Origin: Leptogorgia sarmentosa
Lineage: Eukaryota
Assembly: GCA_964658305.1 (NCBI GenBank)
Contig: OZ210885.1
Coordinates: forward strand, 18,848,001 to 18,912,000
Direction of reading: 5' to 3'
DNA: 64,000 nt
A program made the translations under genes and the position numbers. The notes under the pieces were generated by a model. That model was not told the DNA's origin. It saw only the letters and a list, made by a program, of their open reading frames with translations, and ran no database searches. Of the stretch, positions 60,700 to 64,000 are shown in pieces; positions within the stretch are counted from its first letter, which is position 1; each line of letters opens with the position of its first letter.

Positions 60700-62340
60700 T
60701 TGGTAATGTTTTTAAGAATTTCAGTAAAACTGTTCATGCTATATCTCTTTCACCTTTCAATGTATGATCTTCGTTCTTTGACACATCAAAGCACATGCAG
60801 TAGGCTCTGGTTAGGCCTAGTTACAGAACTTTAGAACGTATATTAAGGTGGCTATGTGAAGTTGAACATGGTCATAATTTGATTTTGCCCCATGATACAC
60901 TTACTTTTTCTTGAATATATATATTGTGAAAGTGTTCCTCAGTACCACATAAACATGATATATATGTTGGTTGTCTCATATGATTGGGCGTGAAGCAAAA
61001 TTAGCAAAATTGTAATATATATATATAAGACAAGAGCATTTATGGCGCATGCGCATTCATTGCCATGTTTGTCACGTTTCACCATGATGCACGCATTTTT
61101 TCTTGAGTATATATATTGTAACAATGTTCCTCAGTACCACATAAACATGATATATATGTTGGTTGTCTCATATGATTGGGCGTGGTCGGGATTCAGCCAT
61201 GTAAACATTATTGTCTTTTGCCACGCCCTGTTTGGAGTAAAAAATTTTTCCCCCCTCACATTCTGTTGTTCAGCGTCTGGGCATCTACAAAATATGTATC
61301 CTGTGTCTGTAGCATGTAAAACCACAGAGATATCGCATGGTAAAATAGGTCAAATTACCATTTACGACCATGTTAAACGTCGCGTCGCCACCTTAATATA
61401 ACTTTATAAGTTACAGCAACCACCCAGAATGGTGGCAAAGCATGAAGTGTATTCACATAAAGGTGAAAGAGATATTGCATGAACAGTTTTATAGTAATTC
61501 ATATTAGATTTCAAAATCCAATATGGCTGCCAACATTTCCATTAATTTCTTAATAACTCATGAATAGAACATGCTTATACAACGAACGATATATCAAATA
61601 AAGCGCGTACAACGACGATTGTAAGGATATTTGAACCACCGTCTAGCACCGTTTCGTTGCAAAGTTATAAGCAAAATTGTAAGATAATTATAGAAATTCA
61701 TAAATCCAATATGGCCGCCAACATTTTTCATTAATTTGTTAATAACTCATGAATAGAACATGTTTATCCAACGAACGATATATCAAATTAAAGCACGTAA
61801 AACGACGATTGTAATGATATTTGAACCACTGTCTAATAATGTTTCGTTCCAAAGTTATAAGCAAAATTGTAATATATATATATAAGACAAGAGCATTTAT
61901 GGCGCATGCGCATTCATTGCCATGTTTGTCACGTTTCACCATGATGCACGCATTTTTTCTTGAGTATATATATTGTAACAATGTTCCTCAGTACCACATA
62001 AACATGATATATATGTTGGTTGTCTCATATGATTGGGCGTGGTCGGGATTCAGCCATGTAAACATTATGGTGTTTTGCCACGCCCCGTTTGGAGTAAAAA
62101 ATTTTTTCCCCCTCACACTGTTGTTCAGCATCTGGGCATCTACAAAATATTTATCCCGTGTCTGTAGCATGTAAAACCACAGAGATATTGTATTATAAAA
62201 AGGGTCAAATTAGCATTTATGACCATGTTCAACATCACATAGCCACCTTAATATAATTTCATAAGTTACAGCAACCACCCAGAATCCGTCTCTAGTACAT
62301 GTACTTTGAGGTGTCAAAGAATGAATAGCATACATAGAAA
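60700..62340. repeat. Complex direct and inverted repeat block; unclassified non-coding element
   Basis: ~61001-61430 is repeated at ~61859-62285; ~61510-61680 at ~61700-61870; ~60775-60878 is inverted relative to ~62218-62321. Confidence 0.7.
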
Positions 62341-62859
62341 CCTACAGGAGATATGTATGATCTCGTAGCGCAAGAGGAGCAGTTCAATGTTGAGTTAAAA
62401 CTGCATGAAAAACGCATGAAAATGAAGGCTGAACTTGAACTAAGTAAAACTAATAACTTTGTGAATTATAATAACGTAAAAAATGGCTCTTTTATATAAT
62501 ACATATGTATAATGATATCTGATATCCCGACTTGTCATTTCTTTGTCAATTGTCACCCTAACTATAATTGTAACATAACATTTACAGCTTAACACAAACA
62601 CGTTTGTTCTTAGATCAAGATATCTTCGAGGGCATCGACATCATCGCGCCAACGCCGCGAAAGAGCCTGCAGAGAGGTCAAGAAAAGCCACCTCCGGAGT
62701 TATCTTCACCTTCACCTTCCCCGAGTTCAAAGAGAGTGCCCGATATACCATCCCAGCGGCAAGAAACTTCTCCCGAAGCCGAAGAAGAGGGGAAGGTTCG
62801 TATATAATATATATATAGAATATATTTAGTTTCCGTATATATTCGTATATAAATATAGT

Positions 62860-64000
62860 TGTTGGGAACTGACCAATCATTTAAGATATATCATATAACA
62901 CTTTAGGGAGGGAAAGTTAATTAGGGAGATTATATAGTTTAGTTTTGATCAGAGAGTGTCATCGTGACAGCGAGAGAGTACGGATGTGAGACAGCTGCGA
63001 CGAGCATACATTGTGATTTGGGTATACTTATATTTTTCTATTAAAACTTATATAAATGTGATTTGTCGAGGACTACTGTTTTGGAGGCAAGCTGAAATAT
63101 AGCTGAAACGCCAGTTAACTTATCTTAAGTACGAATCAACGACAAAACGTGACATGGAGAAGCTTGGGACGAAGCTGAAACAGTTGAACCTAGGAGTCCT
63201 TTGAACGAAGAATATCTTGGACTCAGGTAAGAGAGAATCAATTAAACGGCATATCGATGCGCTACGTGAGACTGTTCGGGAATCAAACGAACTTAAACGA
63301 GCTGCCGAAGCGGCAAAAATCGAGCTAGGCGAAAGCGCCGAGAAAATTAATGATTGGAACAATGAGACTGACGCTAAGATTGAACTGGCGGACGTTGAAA
63401 TTGATCAGTTAGAGAGTTGGCTTGCGGAAAAGGAACGTTCCGAGCATCTCGTAGCGCAAGAGGAGCAGTTCAATGTTGAGTTAAAACTGCATGAAAAACG
63501 CATGAAAATGAAGGCTGAACTTGAACTAAGTAAGACCGCGACGGAAGTTCAGGAATGCGCTGGATTTAAGACGGCTAAATTACCCAAGTTAGAAATATCA
63601 AAGTTCGAGGGTTCGATTATGGATTGGCCTAGGTTCTGGGGGCAGTTCAATGAAGCAATAGGAAAAAGTTCAATCGCACCTATCAGTAAATTTACCTACT
63701 TGCGCGAGCTGCTTGGGCCCAAAGTAAGATGCTGTGTTGAAGCCCTTCCGTTTACACCAGAGGGTTATAATCGAGCCAAGGCAATCCTGAAGGATAGATA
63801 CGGTAAAGAGTCCGAGATAGTGAACAGTTACGTAAAAGAAATACTAGAATTGCCCCATATTACAACAGCAAATCCACGTAAAATCGCCGAATTTAGCGAA
63901 AAACTGTCTTATTGTGTTCAAGCGCTAGAAACCATGAAAAGGCTTGATTCTGTGCAGGGAAATGTATCAATGACCCTCGAGAAATTAGTCGCGATTAGGG
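62860..64000 (+). mobile_element. BEL/Pao LTR retrotransposon, 5' end (putative LTR ~62860-63077; gag from 63154 with a stop at 63202)
   Basis: KLPKLEISKFEGSIMDWPRFWGQF...KFTYLRELL...GYNRAKAILKDRYG (DUF1759-like). The LTR limits are unverified. Confidence 0.8.

Overview
Eukaryotic, AT-rich DNA with spliceosomal introns, probably from an invertebrate (a cnidarian is my guess from the element repertoire; this is inference). It consists almost entirely of nested transposable elements, and I could not support any intact host gene. Elements resolved by termini and TSDs: two Crypton-like tyrosine-recombinase (YR) elements; a deleted DIRS element; a 20-kb IS3EU-like element (8832-28806, TSD GCAAAT) holding a five-level nest (Tc1-type shell > piggyBac > MULE-like > intact Ngaro, plus a two-ORF IS630/Tc1 element); an Academ-like transposase; a second, truncated IS3EU-like element; an intron-rich Ginger1 gene interrupted by a 9-bp-TSD element (itself holding an intact Gypsy with 87-bp LTRs) and by a Harbinger; a near-intact third IS3EU-like element (54674-60531, TSD CAGTTA); and the 5' end of a BEL/Pao element. 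The best candidate for an undescribed system is the IS3EU-like family. Each copy carries a spliced HECT E3 ubiquitin-ligase gene, and the two complete copies pair it convergently with a DDE transposase. In the best-preserved copy both proteins start with homologous SAM-like domains. Two unrelated transposons here also carry Ulp1 (SUMO protease)+PHD modules. Family and domain names come from motif recognition only; no database search was run.
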